Positions 42,219 to 52,992 of a stretch of 64,000 bases of DNA are shown here, in pieces. Made by a program: the position numbers and the translations under genes. This DNA is from an uncultured Chloroflexia bacterium. GTDB taxonomy: Bacteria; Chloroflexota; Limnocylindria; Limnocylindrales; CSP1-4. The notes beneath the pieces are model-generated. The model saw only the letters and a list, made by a program, of their open reading frames with translations. It had not been told where the DNA came from and did not search any database. The stretch lies in NCBI GenBank assembly GCA_963734535.1, contig CAVTHS010000011.1, positions 71,807-135,806 on the forward strand. The letters are read 5' to 3'. Each line of letters starts with the position of its first letter. Positions within the stretch are counted from its first letter, which is position 1.

Positions 42219-42797
42219 GTGTCTGCTCTCGAGGATGCGCCGGAGGTTCACGCCGACGATCGCGCGACGTGGCGCGCATGGCTGGAGGCGAACCATCGGA
42301 CTGCCCGTGGCGCCTGGCTCGTGACCTGGCGGCCACGTCCCGGTCGGGTCAGCCTCGAGTACGAGGCGGCCGTGGAGGAAGCCCTGTGCTTCGGCTGGGT
42401 GGACAGCACGGGCGGCCACGTCGACGATGAGCGCGGCAAGCTCTATTTCGCGCCGCGCAAGCCGCGCAGCGTCTGGGCGGCGTCCAACAGGGCGCGCGTC
42501 GAGCGGTTGATCGAGGAGGGGCGGATGGCTCCTGCGGGTCTCGCCGCCATCGAACGCGCGAAGGCGAACGGATCGTGGAGCGTCCTGGAAGCCGCGGAAC
42601 GGATGGAGATCCCGGATGACCTCGCGGCTGCTTTCGAAAGCCGCTCTCCCTCCGCCGCCAACTTCGCGGCGTTCCCGCCCTCGGCGCGCAAGATGCTGCT
42701 CGCCTGGGTGGCCGTGGCTCGGCGCCCGGAGACTCGGGCGACGCGAATCGCCGAGATCGCGGAGGCGGCCGCGCGCAACGAACGGGCCAGGAGCTGA
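42219..42797 (+). CDS. YdeI/OmpD-associated family protein
   Basis: AGGAG is 6 nt upstream of the GTG. Matching segments are ADDRATWRAWLEANHRTARGAWLV, EEALCFGWVDS, FAPRKPRSVWAASNRARVERLIEEGRMAPAGL and AFPPSARKMLLAWV. Confidence 0.7.
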   Translation: MSALEDAPEVHADDRATWRAWLEANHRTARGAWLVTWRPRPGRVSLEYEAAVEEALCFGWVDSTGGHVDDERGKLYFAPRKPRSVWAASNRARVERLIEEGRMAPAGLAAIERAKANGSWSVLEAAERMEIPDDLAAAFESRSPSAANFAAFPPSARKMLLAWVAVARRPETRATRIAEIAEAAARNERARS

Positions 42798-42912
42798 CGA
42801 CCGGACCCGGTGGAAAGCGCCCTCGACGACCCGATCGCATCGGGTCGGCGCCTCGCGCGCGGTAGCATCCGGCCGTGCGAGAGCCTGTTCGCCTGCGCCC
42901 GGCCACTGCGGG

Positions 42913-44538
42913 ATGATCGACGTGGATGTCCTGATCGAGGGCGGGACCATCGTGGACGGCACCGGGGCGCCCGGCTTCGCCGGCTCCGTTGCGGTCATCG
43001 GCGACCGGTTGCGCATGCTTCGGGACGCCACGACCGGCGACGACGACGGTCGCCGCTCAGCTGAGATCCGAGCCCGCCGGCGGATCGATGCCCGCGGCCT
43101 CGTGATCGCACCGGGCTTCATCGACCTCCACAGCCACGGGGGCCTGGTGATGCTCGCCGAGCCGCGCAACGAGCCGAAGGTTCGCCAGGGGGTGACGACC
43201 GAGCTCATCGGCGTGGATGGCAATGCGTACGCGCCGTTCCCGTCGCCAGGCGACCTTCTCGACTACGTCGTCCTCAACGGTGGGCTCGACGGACGGCCCG
43301 ACATCACCTACGACTGGTCGACGGTTGCCGAGTACATCGCGCGGTACGACCGCCAGGTCTCGGTGAACGTCGCCTATGTCGTCGGGAACTCGCCGCTCCG
43401 GATCGCCTCGGTGGGCTGGGACGAGATCGAGGCGGATCACCACGCGATGGCCGACCAGCGGTCGCGCCTGCGTGTTGCGCTCGAGGAGGGTGCCTTCGGC
43501 CTGTCGACGGGCCTCGACTACCCGCCGGGCTCCTACGCGACGACCGCGGAGCTCGTCGAGCTGGCCGCCGAGGCGGCGCGGCTGGGCGGGATCTACCACA
43601 CCCATGTCCGGTACCCGCTCGGGGACGGGTTCCTCGATCCGTACCGGGAGGCGATCGAGATCGGGCGGCGGTCGGGCGCTCCCGTTCACATCACGCACTT
43701 CTATCACCGGCCGACATTTCCGGGCCCGCCCGCGGTGATGCTGGCGCTCGTCGACGACGCTCGCGCCGAGGGGCTCGACGTGACGTTCGACCTCTATCCG
43801 TACGAGTGGGCAAGCACCAGGCTCCTGATCATGCTGCCGAACTGGATCCAGGCTGGCGGCCTGGGCCCGCTCCGCGAGCGCCTCGCCGACCGGAGAGTCC
43901 GGGCCCGGATCCGCGAGGAATCCGGGGCACGAGGCCGGCTGTTCGCCGGCGACCGGTCGTGGGACGAGGTCCGGCTCGGCTACTTCGCCCGCCCGGAGAA
44001 CGCCGAGTGGGAGGGCCGGACGCTGGGCGACTACCTGGCCGCGACCGGCCTGGACCCGGTGGACGCCATCTGCGACCTGCTGATCGCGGAGGACCTCCGG
44101 ATCAACCAGGTGACGCCGGGGCCGCATCGGGCCGGGATCGAGGCGTTCATCCGGCACCCTCGGGCGATGATCGCGACCGACGGCGTCATGATCGGGGCGA
44201 AGCCGGCCCCCCGGACGTACGGCACCTATCCGCGCATCCTGGGCGAGCTCGTGCGCGATGAGCGCGTGCTGGGCCTGGAGGAGGCCATCCACAAGATGAC
44301 CGGGGCATCGGCCGCGCGGCTCGGCCTCACCGACCGGGGCGTCATCGCCGATGGGTGTTTCGCGGACCTCGTCGTGTTCGACCCGGCCCGGGTGCGCGCG
44401 CTTGCCACCTACGAGGAGCCGCGCCGCTTCCCGGAGGGCATCCCCTACGTGCTCGTGAACGGGGTGCTGGTGATCGACGGCGACGCGCACACGGGCGCCA
44501 CGCCCGGACGAACGCTGCGGCGGGGACGCCCGGGCTGA
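42913..44538 (+). CDS. N-acyl-D-amino-acid deacylase (D-aminoacylase) family amidohydrolase
   Basis: MIDVDVLIEGGTIVDGTGAPGF ... GFIDLHSHG is the HxH metal motif. Other segments are GVTTELIG, GGIYHTHVRY, PVHITHF and GTYPRILG. The C-terminal beta-barrel part is FADLVVFDP. Confidence 0.85.
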   Translation: MIDVDVLIEGGTIVDGTGAPGFAGSVAVIGDRLRMLRDATTGDDDGRRSAEIRARRRIDARGLVIAPGFIDLHSHGGLVMLAEPRNEPKVRQGVTTELIGVDGNAYAPFPSPGDLLDYVVLNGGLDGRPDITYDWSTVAEYIARYDRQVSVNVAYVVGNSPLRIASVGWDEIEADHHAMADQRSRLRVALEEGAFGLSTGLDYPPGSYATTAELVELAAEAARLGGIYHTHVRYPLGDGFLDPYREAIEIGRRSGAPVHITHFYHRPTFPGPPAVMLALVDDARAEGLDVTFDLYPYEWASTRLLIMLPNWIQAGGLGPLRERLADRRVRARIREESGARGRLFAGDRSWDEVRLGYFARPENAEWEGRTLGDYLAATGLDPVDAICDLLIAEDLRINQVTPGPHRAGIEAFIRHPRAMIATDGVMIGAKPAPRTYGTYPRILGELVRDERVLGLEEAIHKMTGASAARLGLTDRGVIADGCFADLVVFDPARVRALATYEEPRRFPEGIPYVLVNGVLVIDGDAHTGATPGRTLRRGRPG

Positions 44539-44683
44539 TCCGTGGCCCACGGCACGCGGCGCGCCGCGGCCCACATCCCAGCATCGGGGTTGCTGAGACG
44601 CAGTGGCCCACCGGTTGACACCGTGCGCCGTCGGCCCCCACGCTGTGTCGACCCACCCGGGCGTCCACGTCAGGAGGATCGGC

Positions 44684-45529
44684 GTGATCGAGCTCGGCGA
44701 GAACCGCTACGGCAAGCGGGCGATCCGGCTTGTCAAGGTCGTCCGCGATCCCGACGGCACCCAGGTGCGCGACCTCACCGTTGACATCGCGCTCGAGGGG
44801 GATTTCGCTGCCGCCCACACGGCGGGGGACAACGCGGCGGTCGTCGCAACGGACACGATGAAGAACACCGTGTATGCCCTGGCGGCGGACCAGCTGACCG
44901 GCGCGATCGAGCAGTTCGGCACGATCCTCGGGACGCACTTCATCGGCTTCCCGCAGGTCCGGCGCGCAACCGTCGACCTCCGCGAGCACCGCTGGAAGCC
45001 GATCGCGGGCACGGGTGTTTCCGCGTCGGGCGCATTCCGGCGTGTCGGCGACGCCACCCGCACGGCGCGCGTCTCGGCGACCCCGGACGCGACGGTCGTC
45101 GAGTCGGGACTCGAGGATCTCGTCGTCATGAAGACGGCCGGATCGGCATTCTTCGGCTTCGCCCGCGACCGCAACACGACCCTTCCCGAGCTGCGCGACC
45201 GGATCCTTGCGACGAACGTGACCGTCTGGTGGCGCCACAGCGGCCCGACCGCAGACTGGGACGCCAGCCACGCGGCACTCGCGACCACCCTGCTCGAGGT
45301 CTTCGCAGACCACGCGAGCGAGTCGGTCCAGCACTCGATCTGGGTGATGGCCCAGGCGATGCTCGAGCGCCATCAAGGGATCGACGAGGTCCGCATGGCG
45401 CTACCGAACCTCCACCACCTGCCCATCGACCTGACGCCGTTCGGGGGGACGAACCGGGGCGAGATCTTCGTGGCGACCGCGCAGCCCCACGGCCTCATCG
45501 AGGCCACCGTCCGACGAACCGCGTCATGA
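44684..45529 (+). CDS. urate oxidase (uricase)
   Basis: AGGAGG is upstream of the GTG. Matching segments are [56 protein letters not shown] and SESVQHSIW. Confidence 0.85.
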   Translation: MIELGENRYGKRAIRLVKVVRDPDGTQVRDLTVDIALEGDFAAAHTAGDNAAVVATDTMKNTVYALAADQLTGAIEQFGTILGTHFIGFPQVRRATVDLREHRWKPIAGTGVSASGAFRRVGDATRTARVSATPDATVVESGLEDLVVMKTAGSAFFGFARDRNTTLPELRDRILATNVTVWWRHSGPTADWDASHAALATTLLEVFADHASESVQHSIWVMAQAMLERHQGIDEVRMALPNLHHLPIDLTPFGGTNRGEIFVATAQPHGLIEATVRRTAS

Positions 45530-47097
45530 CCCGGATGGCCCCGGGCGTCGAGATCGTCGGGCCCGGCGTCGCGGGCGAGGAGCGCCTCCTGACGCCCCGG
45601 GCGGTTGCGTTCGTGGCCGACCTCGAGCGCCGGTTCCGCGCCGAGCGGCAGGCGTTGCTCGGGCGACGGGTGGACCGGCACGCGCAGATCGCCGCCGGCC
45701 GAATGCCCGCCTTCCTGCCGGAGACCGCGGACGTCCGGGCGGGCACGTGGCGGGTCGCGCCCGCGCCAGCGGACCTCGACGACCGGCGGGTGGAGATCAC
45801 CGGCCCGGCCGAGCCGAAGATGATGATCAACGCCCTGAACTCCGGCGCACAGGTGTTCATGGCGGACTTCGAGGACGCGCTCAGCCCCACCTGGTCGAAC
45901 ATAGTCGCCGGCCAGCTGGCCGTGCAGGAGGCGGTCCGCGGCACGCTCACGTTCGAAACCCCCGACAGGGCCTACCGGCTGGGGAAACGGACGGCGACCC
46001 TCCTTGTCCGGCCGCGCGGCTGGCACCTGGAGGAGCGGCATCTCCTCGTCGACGGCCGACCCGTCTCGGCCAGCCTGTTCGACGCCGGGCTCTTCCTGTT
46101 CCACGACGCGGCCGAGACGCTGGCTCGCGGCTCCGGCCCGTACCTCTACCTCCCGAAGCTCGAGAGTCACCTCGAGGCCCGGCTCTGGAACGACGTCCTT
46201 GTTCATGCCCAGGCGGCGGCGGGCATCCCGCGCGGCAGCGTTCGTGCCACGGTCCTGATCGAGACGATCCTCGCGGCGTTCGAGATGGACGAGATCCTGT
46301 TCGAGCTCCGCGAGCACGCCGCCGGGTTGAACGCCGGTCGCTGGGACTACATCTTCAGCCTCATCAAGCGCTTCCGGGAGCTTCCTGCGTTCGTGTTGCC
46401 TGACCGAGGGCAGGTCACGATGGGCGTTCCGTTCATGCGCACGTACACACGCCTCCTCGTCGCCACGTGCCACCGCCGCGGCGCCCACGCGATCGGCGGG
46501 ATGTCTGCCTTCATCCCGAACCGCCGCGAGCCCGAGGTGACCGCGAACGCGCTCGCCCGGGTCCGCGAGGACAAGGAGCGCGAGGCGCGCGACGGGTTCG
46601 ACGGGACCTGGGTCGCCCACCCGGACCTGGTCCCCGTCGCCGCCGAGGTCTTCGGCCGGATGCTCGGCGACCGCCCGAACCAGAAGGAGGCGCCCGGTGT
46701 GAGCGACGTCAAGGCAGCCGCGCTCCTCGATGTGGGGGTGCCGGGCGGCCGCGTCACCGAGGCCGGCGTTCGCCAGAACGTCAACGTCACGATCCGCTAC
46801 CTCGACGCGTGGCTGCAGGGAAACGGCGCGGCGGCGATCGACAACCTGATGGAGGACACGGCGACCGCGGAGATCTCGCGCTCCCAGCTGTGGCAGTGGC
46901 GCCGTCACGCGACGCCGCTCGCGGATGGCGCGGCATTCACCGCCGACCGCTATCGGCGGATCCGGGACGAGGAGCTCGAGAGGATCGTGCACCAGGGCGG
47001 GCGGTCCACCGAGGCAGCCACACTCCTCGACGACCTGGTGCTGGCGGACGAGTTCGTCGAGTTCCTGACCCTGGACGCGTACTCCCGGCTGGACTGA
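45526..47097 (+). CDS. aceB: malate synthase A
   Basis: An ATGA overlap links it to uricase. Matching segments are [100 protein letters not shown] and WVAHPDLV. Confidence 0.92.
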   Translation: MTRMAPGVEIVGPGVAGEERLLTPRAVAFVADLERRFRAERQALLGRRVDRHAQIAAGRMPAFLPETADVRAGTWRVAPAPADLDDRRVEITGPAEPKMMINALNSGAQVFMADFEDALSPTWSNIVAGQLAVQEAVRGTLTFETPDRAYRLGKRTATLLVRPRGWHLEERHLLVDGRPVSASLFDAGLFLFHDAAETLARGSGPYLYLPKLESHLEARLWNDVLVHAQAAAGIPRGSVRATVLIETILAAFEMDEILFELREHAAGLNAGRWDYIFSLIKRFRELPAFVLPDRGQVTMGVPFMRTYTRLLVATCHRRGAHAIGGMSAFIPNRREPEVTANALARVREDKEREARDGFDGTWVAHPDLVPVAAEVFGRMLGDRPNQKEAPGVSDVKAAALLDVGVPGGRVTEAGVRQNVNVTIRYLDAWLQGNGAAAIDNLMEDTATAEISRSQLWQWRRHATPLADGAAFTADRYRRIRDEELERIVHQGGRSTEAATLLDDLVLADEFVEFLTLDAYSRLD

Positions 47098-47178
47098 CCG
47101 GGCCGGCCCGGACGGCCCATCCGGGCCGCCGCCCGAGCGGCCGCAGCTGCAGCCGCCACGCCTGTGAGGCCCGCACCG

Positions 47179-48576
47179 TCAGGCGAGGCGCTGGATCTCC
47201 CGTTCCACGAAGCGCCCGAAGCCGCGCCGGCCGACGAACGCGCCGTCGCGCACGACGAAGGACCCGCGGACGATCGTCGAGCGAACTGTCCCGTGCACCA
47301 CACGGCCCTCGAATGGCGTGTAGTCGCTCGAGTGGTGGAGGTCGTCCGCGCGGATCGTGCGGCGCGACGATGGGTCGAACAGGACGATGTCTGCATCGAG
47401 GCCCACCGCCAGCGCACCCTTCAACGCGAACCCGAACAGCCGTGCGGGCGTGGTGGAGAGCAGGTCGACCATGCGCTCCACGCTGATCCGACCGCTGGCC
47501 ACGCCCGCGTCGTACACGACGCTGAGCAGCGTCTCGATCCCCGGCGCGCCGTTGGAAACCCGGTCGAACGATTCGCGCCAGCTCTGCTTCTCGACCCCGA
47601 CCCGGTCGGGCACATGGTCCGTGGCAACGACCGAGAGGTCGCCGTCGGCGAGACCGTCCCACAACGCGTCGGCATGGCCCGCCTGCCGGAGCGGCGGTGA
47701 GATCACGTAACGGGCCGCCTCCTCCGGATCACCGGCGTAGCGGTCGTCGGTGAGGGTGAGATAGACGGGGCACGTCTCGGCGAACACCGGGAGACCCTCG
47801 GCGCGGGCCGTCCGCACCTGTGCCAGGGCGTCCGCCGACGAGAGATGGACGATGAACAGCGGCGCCCGGGCAGCGCGGGCGAGGGCGATCGCCCGGCCCG
47901 TCGCCTCGGCTTCGACGTACGGCGGCCGCGACGACGCGTGGTAGCGCGGACCGATCTCGCCGGCGGCCAGGTGGCGGGCGGTCAGGGTCTCGAGGATCGC
48001 CCGGTTCTCGCAGTGCACCTGCAGCATCCCGCCACGGCGACCCGCCGCCTCGAGCGCCCGGAGGATCCGCGCATCGTCAAGGCCGAAGTCGTAGACCATG
48101 AATGCCTTGAAGGTCGGGACGCCGGCGTCGATCGCGGCGGCAATCTCCGCGGCCGGATCCTCGTGGGATGCCGTGACCACGAGGCTGGGCGCGACATCGA
48201 CGGCCGAATCGCTCGCCGTCGCGGCACGCCATTCGCGGAGACCGGTCATCAGTGAGCGGGCCGCTGCCAGGGACGACCCGGTGCCGGGGTTGTTGAAGGC
48301 GAGGAACGACGTGGTGCCACCGAAGGCCGCGGCGACCGAGTCGTCGAAGAATCGGTCGGGCCGCTCATCTGTCGCGACGCGGGTGTGGGTATGGACGTCG
48401 ACGACCCCTGGGAGGACGAGGAGGCCGCTCGCGTCGACGACCTGCCGGGCCGACGCCGCGAGACCTTCGAGGTCGGGTTCCACGGCGGCGATCCGGCCGC
48501 CCTCGACGGCGATGTCGGCGCGCGTCGAACCCTCCGTGGTGACGACGACGCCGCCCAGGACGAGGAGGTCCGTCAC
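47179..48576 (-). CDS. cyclic amidohydrolase (dihydropyrimidinase/allantoinase/hydantoinase family)
   Basis: GTG start. LPGVVDVHTH is the HxH motif. Other segments are GGTTSFLAF, VPTFKAFMVY, MLQVHCEN, FIVHLSS and VVATDHVP. Confidence 0.85.
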   Translation of the reverse strand: MTDLLVLGGVVVTTEGSTRADIAVEGGRIAAVEPDLEGLAASARQVVDASGLLVLPGVVDVHTHTRVATDERPDRFFDDSVAAAFGGTTSFLAFNNPGTGSSLAAARSLMTGLREWRAATASDSAVDVAPSLVVTASHEDPAAEIAAAIDAGVPTFKAFMVYDFGLDDARILRALEAAGRRGGMLQVHCENRAILETLTARHLAAGEIGPRYHASSRPPYVEAEATGRAIALARAARAPLFIVHLSSADALAQVRTARAEGLPVFAETCPVYLTLTDDRYAGDPEEAARYVISPPLRQAGHADALWDGLADGDLSVVATDHVPDRVGVEKQSWRESFDRVSNGAPGIETLLSVVYDAGVASGRISVERMVDLLSTTPARLFGFALKGALAVGLDADIVLFDPSSRRTIRADDLHHSSDYTPFEGRVVHGTVRSTIVRGSFVVRDGAFVGRRGFGRFVEREIQRLA

Positions 48577-49001
48577 GGGTTACGTGGCCCGAGGATCTCG
48601 ATCTCCTGGGCGCCTTCCCACAGGCATCGTCGCCCGGCCTCGCGGAGGCGATCCGCCCAGCCCTCGTCGGGCTCGATCGTCGCGAAGTGGTTGGCCGCCA
48701 GCTGGCCGACCTTCGACGACGTGGTGCAGGCCCCGTAGGGGAGGAAGATCTCGCACTCGCTGATCCCGCCGGGATAGAGCGCGAGCTGGCCGGGGGCGGG
48801 GTGCGAGGTGTGGTGCTCCCAGCCGACATCGGGCCGGAGATCGCCGTACGGGATCCACGTCGACTCCCCGCTCCAGCGGCAGTGGATGAGCCGTGCGCGC
48901 AGGGGCAGGAGGAGGCGAATGACGGCGATCGTGCTCGGCGCCTCGGGTTCCCAGCCGGCGCTAAAGTGGAGGTCACCAACCCGGATCGACAGATCGCTCA
49001 T
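48573..49001 (-). CDS. DUF3830-like (cyclophilin-like fold) protein, function unknown
   Basis: MSDLSIRVGDLHFSAGWEPEAPSTIAVIRLLLPLRARLIHCRWSGESTWIPYGDL ... GQLALYPGGISECEIFLPYG. A GTGA overlap couples it to the downstream amidohydrolase. The family name is from memory. Confidence 0.55.
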   Translation of the reverse strand: MSDLSIRVGDLHFSAGWEPEAPSTIAVIRLLLPLRARLIHCRWSGESTWIPYGDLRPDVGWEHHTSHPAPGQLALYPGGISECEIFLPYGACTTSSKVGQLAANHFATIEPDEGWADRLREAGRRCLWEGAQEIEILGPRNP

Positions 49002-49017
49002 CGGCGGAGGATAGCGC

Positions 49018-49350
49018 GTGTCGCAGCACCGGCCGACGATCTCCACCCACGTCCTGGACACCGCGGCGGGCGCGCCACGCGCCGGTGTCGTCGTCCGGCT
49101 CCGGCGGCCGGCCGGGGACGGCAGCGCGCCGATCGTCGGGGAAGGCGTGACCGACGAGGATGGCCGGATCCGCGACCTCCTCGGCGGCGGCATGCTGGAG
49201 ACCGGCACCTACCGGCTGGAGTTCGGGCTCGAACCTGCCGCGTTCCTCGTGGGCCTTGCGCTGGAGATCCGGGTGGACGACGCCGCACGCAGCCAGCACG
49301 TGCCGCTCCTGGTGGCGCCGTTCGGTGTCACGGCCTACCGCGGATCCTGA
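49018..49350 (+). CDS. uraH: 5-hydroxyisourate hydrolase (transthyretin-like)
   Basis: ISTHVLDTAAGAPRAGVVVRL ... TDEDGRI ... GTYRLEF ... HVPLLVAPFGVTAYRGS. The C-terminal YRGS signature is present. Confidence 0.9.
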   Translation: MSQHRPTISTHVLDTAAGAPRAGVVVRLRRPAGDGSAPIVGEGVTDEDGRIRDLLGGGMLETGTYRLEFGLEPAAFLVGLALEIRVDDAARSQHVPLLVAPFGVTAYRGS

Positions 49351-49355
49351 CGCGC

Positions 49356-49892
49356 GTGACGGAGCGCGTGCCCACCATCCCCGAGCTCGACGTGCTCGAC
49401 GAGGACGCCTGTCGCGCGGCCCTGGCGCCGCTGTTCGAGGGTGCCCCCCAATTCCTCGCCCGGCTCTGCGCCGACCGGCCGTTCGTGGACGCGGCTCGCC
49501 TCTTCGCTCGGGCGCGCGAGATCGCCCGGGCGATGCCGGAGCCCGATCAGCTCGAGCTCATCGACGCCCATCCGCGCCTCGGGGCTCCCCGCGAAGCCGT
49601 CTCGTCGCTCTCGTTCATCGAGCAGGGCTACCACCGCGACGGCGAAGGGGCCGCCGTCGATGACACGGGCCCTTCCCTCGCGGAGGAGCTGGAGCGCCTG
49701 AACGCTCGGTACGAGGCGGTGTTCGGGTTCCGCTACTGCGTCTTCGTGGCTGGCCGCCCGCGCGCCGCGCTGGTGCCGGAGCTCCGGGCCGCCGTCCACG
49801 CCGGGCGCGATGCGGAGATCGCGCGGGCGCTCGAGGCGGTCGTCGCGATCGCCGCAGACCGCTATCGGAAGGTCGCCGCTCCCGCCGGCTGA
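49356..49892 (+). CDS. uraD: 2-oxo-4-hydroxy-4-carboxy-5-ureidoimidazoline (OHCU) decarboxylase
   Basis: LAPLFEGAPQFLARL ... LIDAHPRLG ... SLSFIEQG ... LNARYEAVFGFRYCVFVAGR. GTG start 5 nt after the uraH stop. Confidence 0.85.
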   Translation: MTERVPTIPELDVLDEDACRAALAPLFEGAPQFLARLCADRPFVDAARLFARAREIARAMPEPDQLELIDAHPRLGAPREAVSSLSFIEQGYHRDGEGAAVDDTGPSLAEELERLNARYEAVFGFRYCVFVAGRPRAALVPELRAAVHAGRDAEIARALEAVVAIAADRYRKVAAPAG

Positions 49893-49940
49893 TGGGTGCC
49901 GCGCGGCGGTCGCACGAGGTGTCCGCGTGCGCCCCGTCGA

Positions 49941-51344
49941 CTAGAAATCGGCGCTGGCGGGCGTGCGCGGGAACGGGATGACATCCCGGATGTTCGCCAT
50001 CCCCGTGGCATACGCGACCGCCCGATCGAACCCCAGCCCGAAGCCGGCATGCGGCACGGTGCCGTACCGGCGCAGGTCGCGGTACCACCAGTACGCCGCG
50101 GGATCAAGCCCCGTCTCGCGGATGCGTGCGTCGAGCACATCCAGGCGCTCCTCGCGCTGGCTTCCCCCGACGATCTCGCCGATCCCGGGGGCCAGCACGT
50201 CCATGGCCGCGACCGTGCGGCCGTCGTCGTTGCGGCGCATGTAGAACGCCTTGATCTCCTTCGGGTAGTTGACGACCACGACCGGGCGCTTCGCGAACTC
50301 CTCGCAGAGGTACCGCTCGTGCTCCGCCTGCAGGGCGACGCCCCACTCGACCGGGAACTCCCAGTCGCGGCCGGTCCGCTTGAGAACCTCGATCGCCTCC
50401 GTGTACTCCATGCGCGCAAAGCTCGACGTGACGAAGCCCTCCAGCCGGCTGACCGCTTCCTTGTCGATCCGGTCCGCGAAGAAGGCCATGTCGTCTGCGC
50501 GCTCGTCCAGGACCGCGCGGAAGCTGTAGCGAAGCAGGTCCTCGGCCAGGTCGGCGTTGTCGGAGATGTCGGCGAAGGCGATCTCCGGCTCGACCATCCA
50601 GAACTCGGAGAGATGGCGGCTGGTGTTCGAGTTCTCGGCCCGGAACGTGGGCCCGAAGGTGTAGACGTTCGTGAGCGCCAGGCAGTAGGACTCGATGTTG
50701 AGCTGGCCGGACACGGTCAGGAAGGCAGGCTTGCCGAAGAAGTCCTGGGAATAGTCGACCGCGCCCCCGGGCGTTCGCGGGAGGTTGGCGAGGTCGAGCG
50801 TCGAGACGCGGAACAGCTCTCCCGCCCCTTCGGCATCGCTGGCGGTCAGGATCGGCGTATGCACCCAGTAGAAGCCGTGCTCGTCGAAGTAGCGATGGAT
50901 CGCCATCGCGAGACAGTGCCGAACCCGGGCGACCGCCCCGAAGGTGTTCGTCCGCACCCGGAGGTGAGCGACCTCCCGGAGGTACTCGAAGGAGTGCCGC
51001 TTCGCCGAGATCGGGTACGTCTCCGGATCGTCCACCCACCCGACGACCACGACGGAGTCGGCGAGGAGCTCGACGGCCTGCCCCTGGCCCTGCGACGCCG
51101 CGACCGTGCCCGTGATGGTGACGGCGCATCCGGCGGTCAGATGCTGGATCTCGTCGTGGTAGTTGCCGAGCGCCGCCGGGGCGACGACCTGGAGGGCGTC
51201 GAAGCAGGACCCGTCGTGAACATGCAGGAACGAGAGCCCCGCCTTCGAGTCGCGACGGGTCCGGATCCAGCCCTGGACGGTCGCGCGAGCGCCGACCGCG
51301 GTCCGGCCCGCGAGGATGTCGACGACTCGTTCTGCCTTTGGCAT
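49941..51344 (-). CDS. asnS: asparagine--tRNA ligase
   Basis: AAGGAG is upstream of the [26 protein letters not shown] is the OB fold. Class II motifs are [26 protein letters not shown] and GFGLGFDR. Confidence 0.93.
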   Translation of the reverse strand: MPKAERVVDILAGRTAVGARATVQGWIRTRRDSKAGLSFLHVHDGSCFDALQVVAPAALGNYHDEIQHLTAGCAVTITGTVAASQGQGQAVELLADSVVVVGWVDDPETYPISAKRHSFEYLREVAHLRVRTNTFGAVARVRHCLAMAIHRYFDEHGFYWVHTPILTASDAEGAGELFRVSTLDLANLPRTPGGAVDYSQDFFGKPAFLTVSGQLNIESYCLALTNVYTFGPTFRAENSNTSRHLSEFWMVEPEIAFADISDNADLAEDLLRYSFRAVLDERADDMAFFADRIDKEAVSRLEGFVTSSFARMEYTEAIEVLKRTGRDWEFPVEWGVALQAEHERYLCEEFAKRPVVVVNYPKEIKAFYMRRNDDGRTVAAMDVLAPGIGEIVGGSQREERLDVLDARIRETGLDPAAYWWYRDLRRYGTVPHAGFGLGFDRAVAYATGMANIRDVIPFPRTPASADF

Positions 51345-51525
51345 GCGGTTCTCCTTGCGGCCTCGAGGAGCACGCCGTGTCCGGCCGTGGTCCATGGAGA
51401 CACGTGGTGATGCCGTGACTCGCTCAGGATGAACCTTACCGAACGCGCCGTGCTGACACTCGAGGGCCGTGGGGATCGGCCGCGGCGCGAGGCCTCGATC
51501 GGTCGTCCAGGTCGGTCGGGGCGGC

Positions 51526-51581
51526 TTCTTGACCGATCCAGACGGGTCGGGTATGCTGGCCCCGTTCTTGATCGATCCAGA
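51526..51581. repeat. two 17-nt direct repeats (16/17 identical) in the asnS / small-ORF divergent region
   Basis: TTCTTGACCGATCCAGA at 51526-51542 and TTCTTGATCGATCCAGA at 51565-51581, 39 bp start to start. Confidence 0.85.
51529..51557 (+). promoter_or_regulatory. candidate sigma-70-type promoter
   Basis: TTGACC at 51529-51534, a 17-nt spacer, then TATGCT at 51552-51557. The second direct repeat would sit at about +1 to +20. Confidence 0.4.
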
Positions 51582-51619
51582 ATCATCCGCACGAGGTCGA
51601 GCGGGAACGGGAGTCACCG

Positions 51620-51868
51620 GTGAACCTTCTCACGATGCCATCCAACGAGGATCTCGCACGCGAGCGAATCGAGATGGCCTGGCGCGAATACGACGTCTGC
51701 CACGCCTGCGGTCAGCCGATGTCGATCGAGGTCGTCGGCGGCAGCCTGTGGATCGAGTGCGCCTCGCTGCGTTCTCTCCAGGGGGTCCGGCGTCGCCTCT
51801 CGGCCCGCTTCCATGACCGTCACGAGATCGCGCTGCCGGATGACGAGATGATCCCGGCTGCAGCCTAG
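51620..51868 (+). CDS. 82-aa hypothetical protein with a CxxC ... C segment (tentative)
   Basis: GTG start. The product is [50 protein letters not shown]. It lies downstream of the candidate promoter. No family was recognised. Confidence 0.35.
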   Translation: MNLLTMPSNEDLARERIEMAWREYDVCHACGQPMSIEVVGGSLWIECASLRSLQGVRRRLSARFHDRHEIALPDDEMIPAAA

Positions 51869-51943
51869 GCCTGAGCACGTTCGCCAGCGACGGCCTCGGC
51901 CGGCCGCGGCGCGCCGGACGCCCGGATGGGACCGGCCGTGTGC

Positions 51944-52912
51944 TCACCTCGGCATCTCGAAGGCGACGCCGCGCAGCGCCCACACGTAGCTGGCGCACCC
52001 GATGAGCGAGGTCCCCGCGGCGATCGCAAGGGCCGCCACGAACGTCCTCGGCGCGACCGTGTTCGTTGCCATCAAATCGGCAAGCGGCATCGGATCCACG
52101 CCGATGACGACGATCCCGGCCGTGCCCAGGACGACCGCGGCGACCCCCGCGACGGCCACGATCCGCATCGGCGGACCCCCGAGGCCGTGGCCCCACGTTC
52201 GGCGGGGCATCCACCCCTGGCCCCAGGCGAGGATGGCCGTCACGAATGAGGCCCAGGCGAGCGAGATGAAGATCGCACCCTCTACGTCGGCCAGGCGATG
52301 CCAGCCCGCGATCATCGTGCTGACGCCCACGGTCGCGATCAGGGCCGCGCCGAGGACGGCGACGACCGTGCGAACGCGCCGCGGCGCCACGAGAACGGAA
52401 GCCAGGGCGAGCGACGACACGATCGCGACGTGTCCGCTGGGGAAGCTGTTACCCGTGGCATAGGCGGCTCCCGCGAGGAGGTCCGGCCGCTCGAGGACCT
52501 GCTTCAGGCCCTGGGCGCTGAGGTTCGCCCCGGCGAGGACCACCAACACGGCTGCGCCGAGCCCGAAGCCGCCCCGCGCGATGGCCAGGCTGATGAGCCC
52601 GGCCGCAGCCGTCGCGACGAGCGCCATGCTGACGGTCGTCAGGGCCTCGGTTGCCGCACCGAGGACGGCCGGGTCGGACGCCACGCGCCCGTAGAGGATC
52701 ATGTCCGCGACCTGCTGGCCGATGACCGACTGGGTCGTGGCCAGCCAGACGGCGGCGACGAGGGAGGTCGAGAGGATCCCGACCACTGCGAGCCGGCGGC
52801 TGCTTCCCCGCGGCGTGACGACGGGCGTCCGTGTTCCGGAGAGCTCTGCGCGGTCGAGCCGCATCGCGTTCCGGCGTGTCATCGTGCGCCGGGCACCCGC
52901 GGCGGCATCCAC
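51944..52912 (-). CDS. PAP2-superfamily membrane phosphatase
   Basis: The protein has multiple TM helices. GNSFPSGHVAIVSSLALAS is the PSGH motif, and a downstream HRLADV motif (the SRxxxxxHxxxD region) is also present. The start is uncertain. Confidence 0.7.
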   Translation of the reverse strand: MDAAAGARRTMTRRNAMRLDRAELSGTRTPVVTPRGSSRRLAVVGILSTSLVAAVWLATTQSVIGQQVADMILYGRVASDPAVLGAATEALTTVSMALVATAAAGLISLAIARGGFGLGAAVLVVLAGANLSAQGLKQVLERPDLLAGAAYATGNSFPSGHVAIVSSLALASVLVAPRRVRTVVAVLGAALIATVGVSTMIAGWHRLADVEGAIFISLAWASFVTAILAWGQGWMPRRTWGHGLGGPPMRIVAVAGVAAVVLGTAGIVVIGVDPMPLADLMATNTVAPRTFVAALAIAAGTSLIGCASYVWALRGVAFEMPR

Positions 52913-52992
52913 CGAATCCGCCCAAAAGCTTCGGTCGCCATCACCTGCAGCCTAGCCCGATCCGGTGCGGGCAGCCAGTCGGCATCGGCGGT

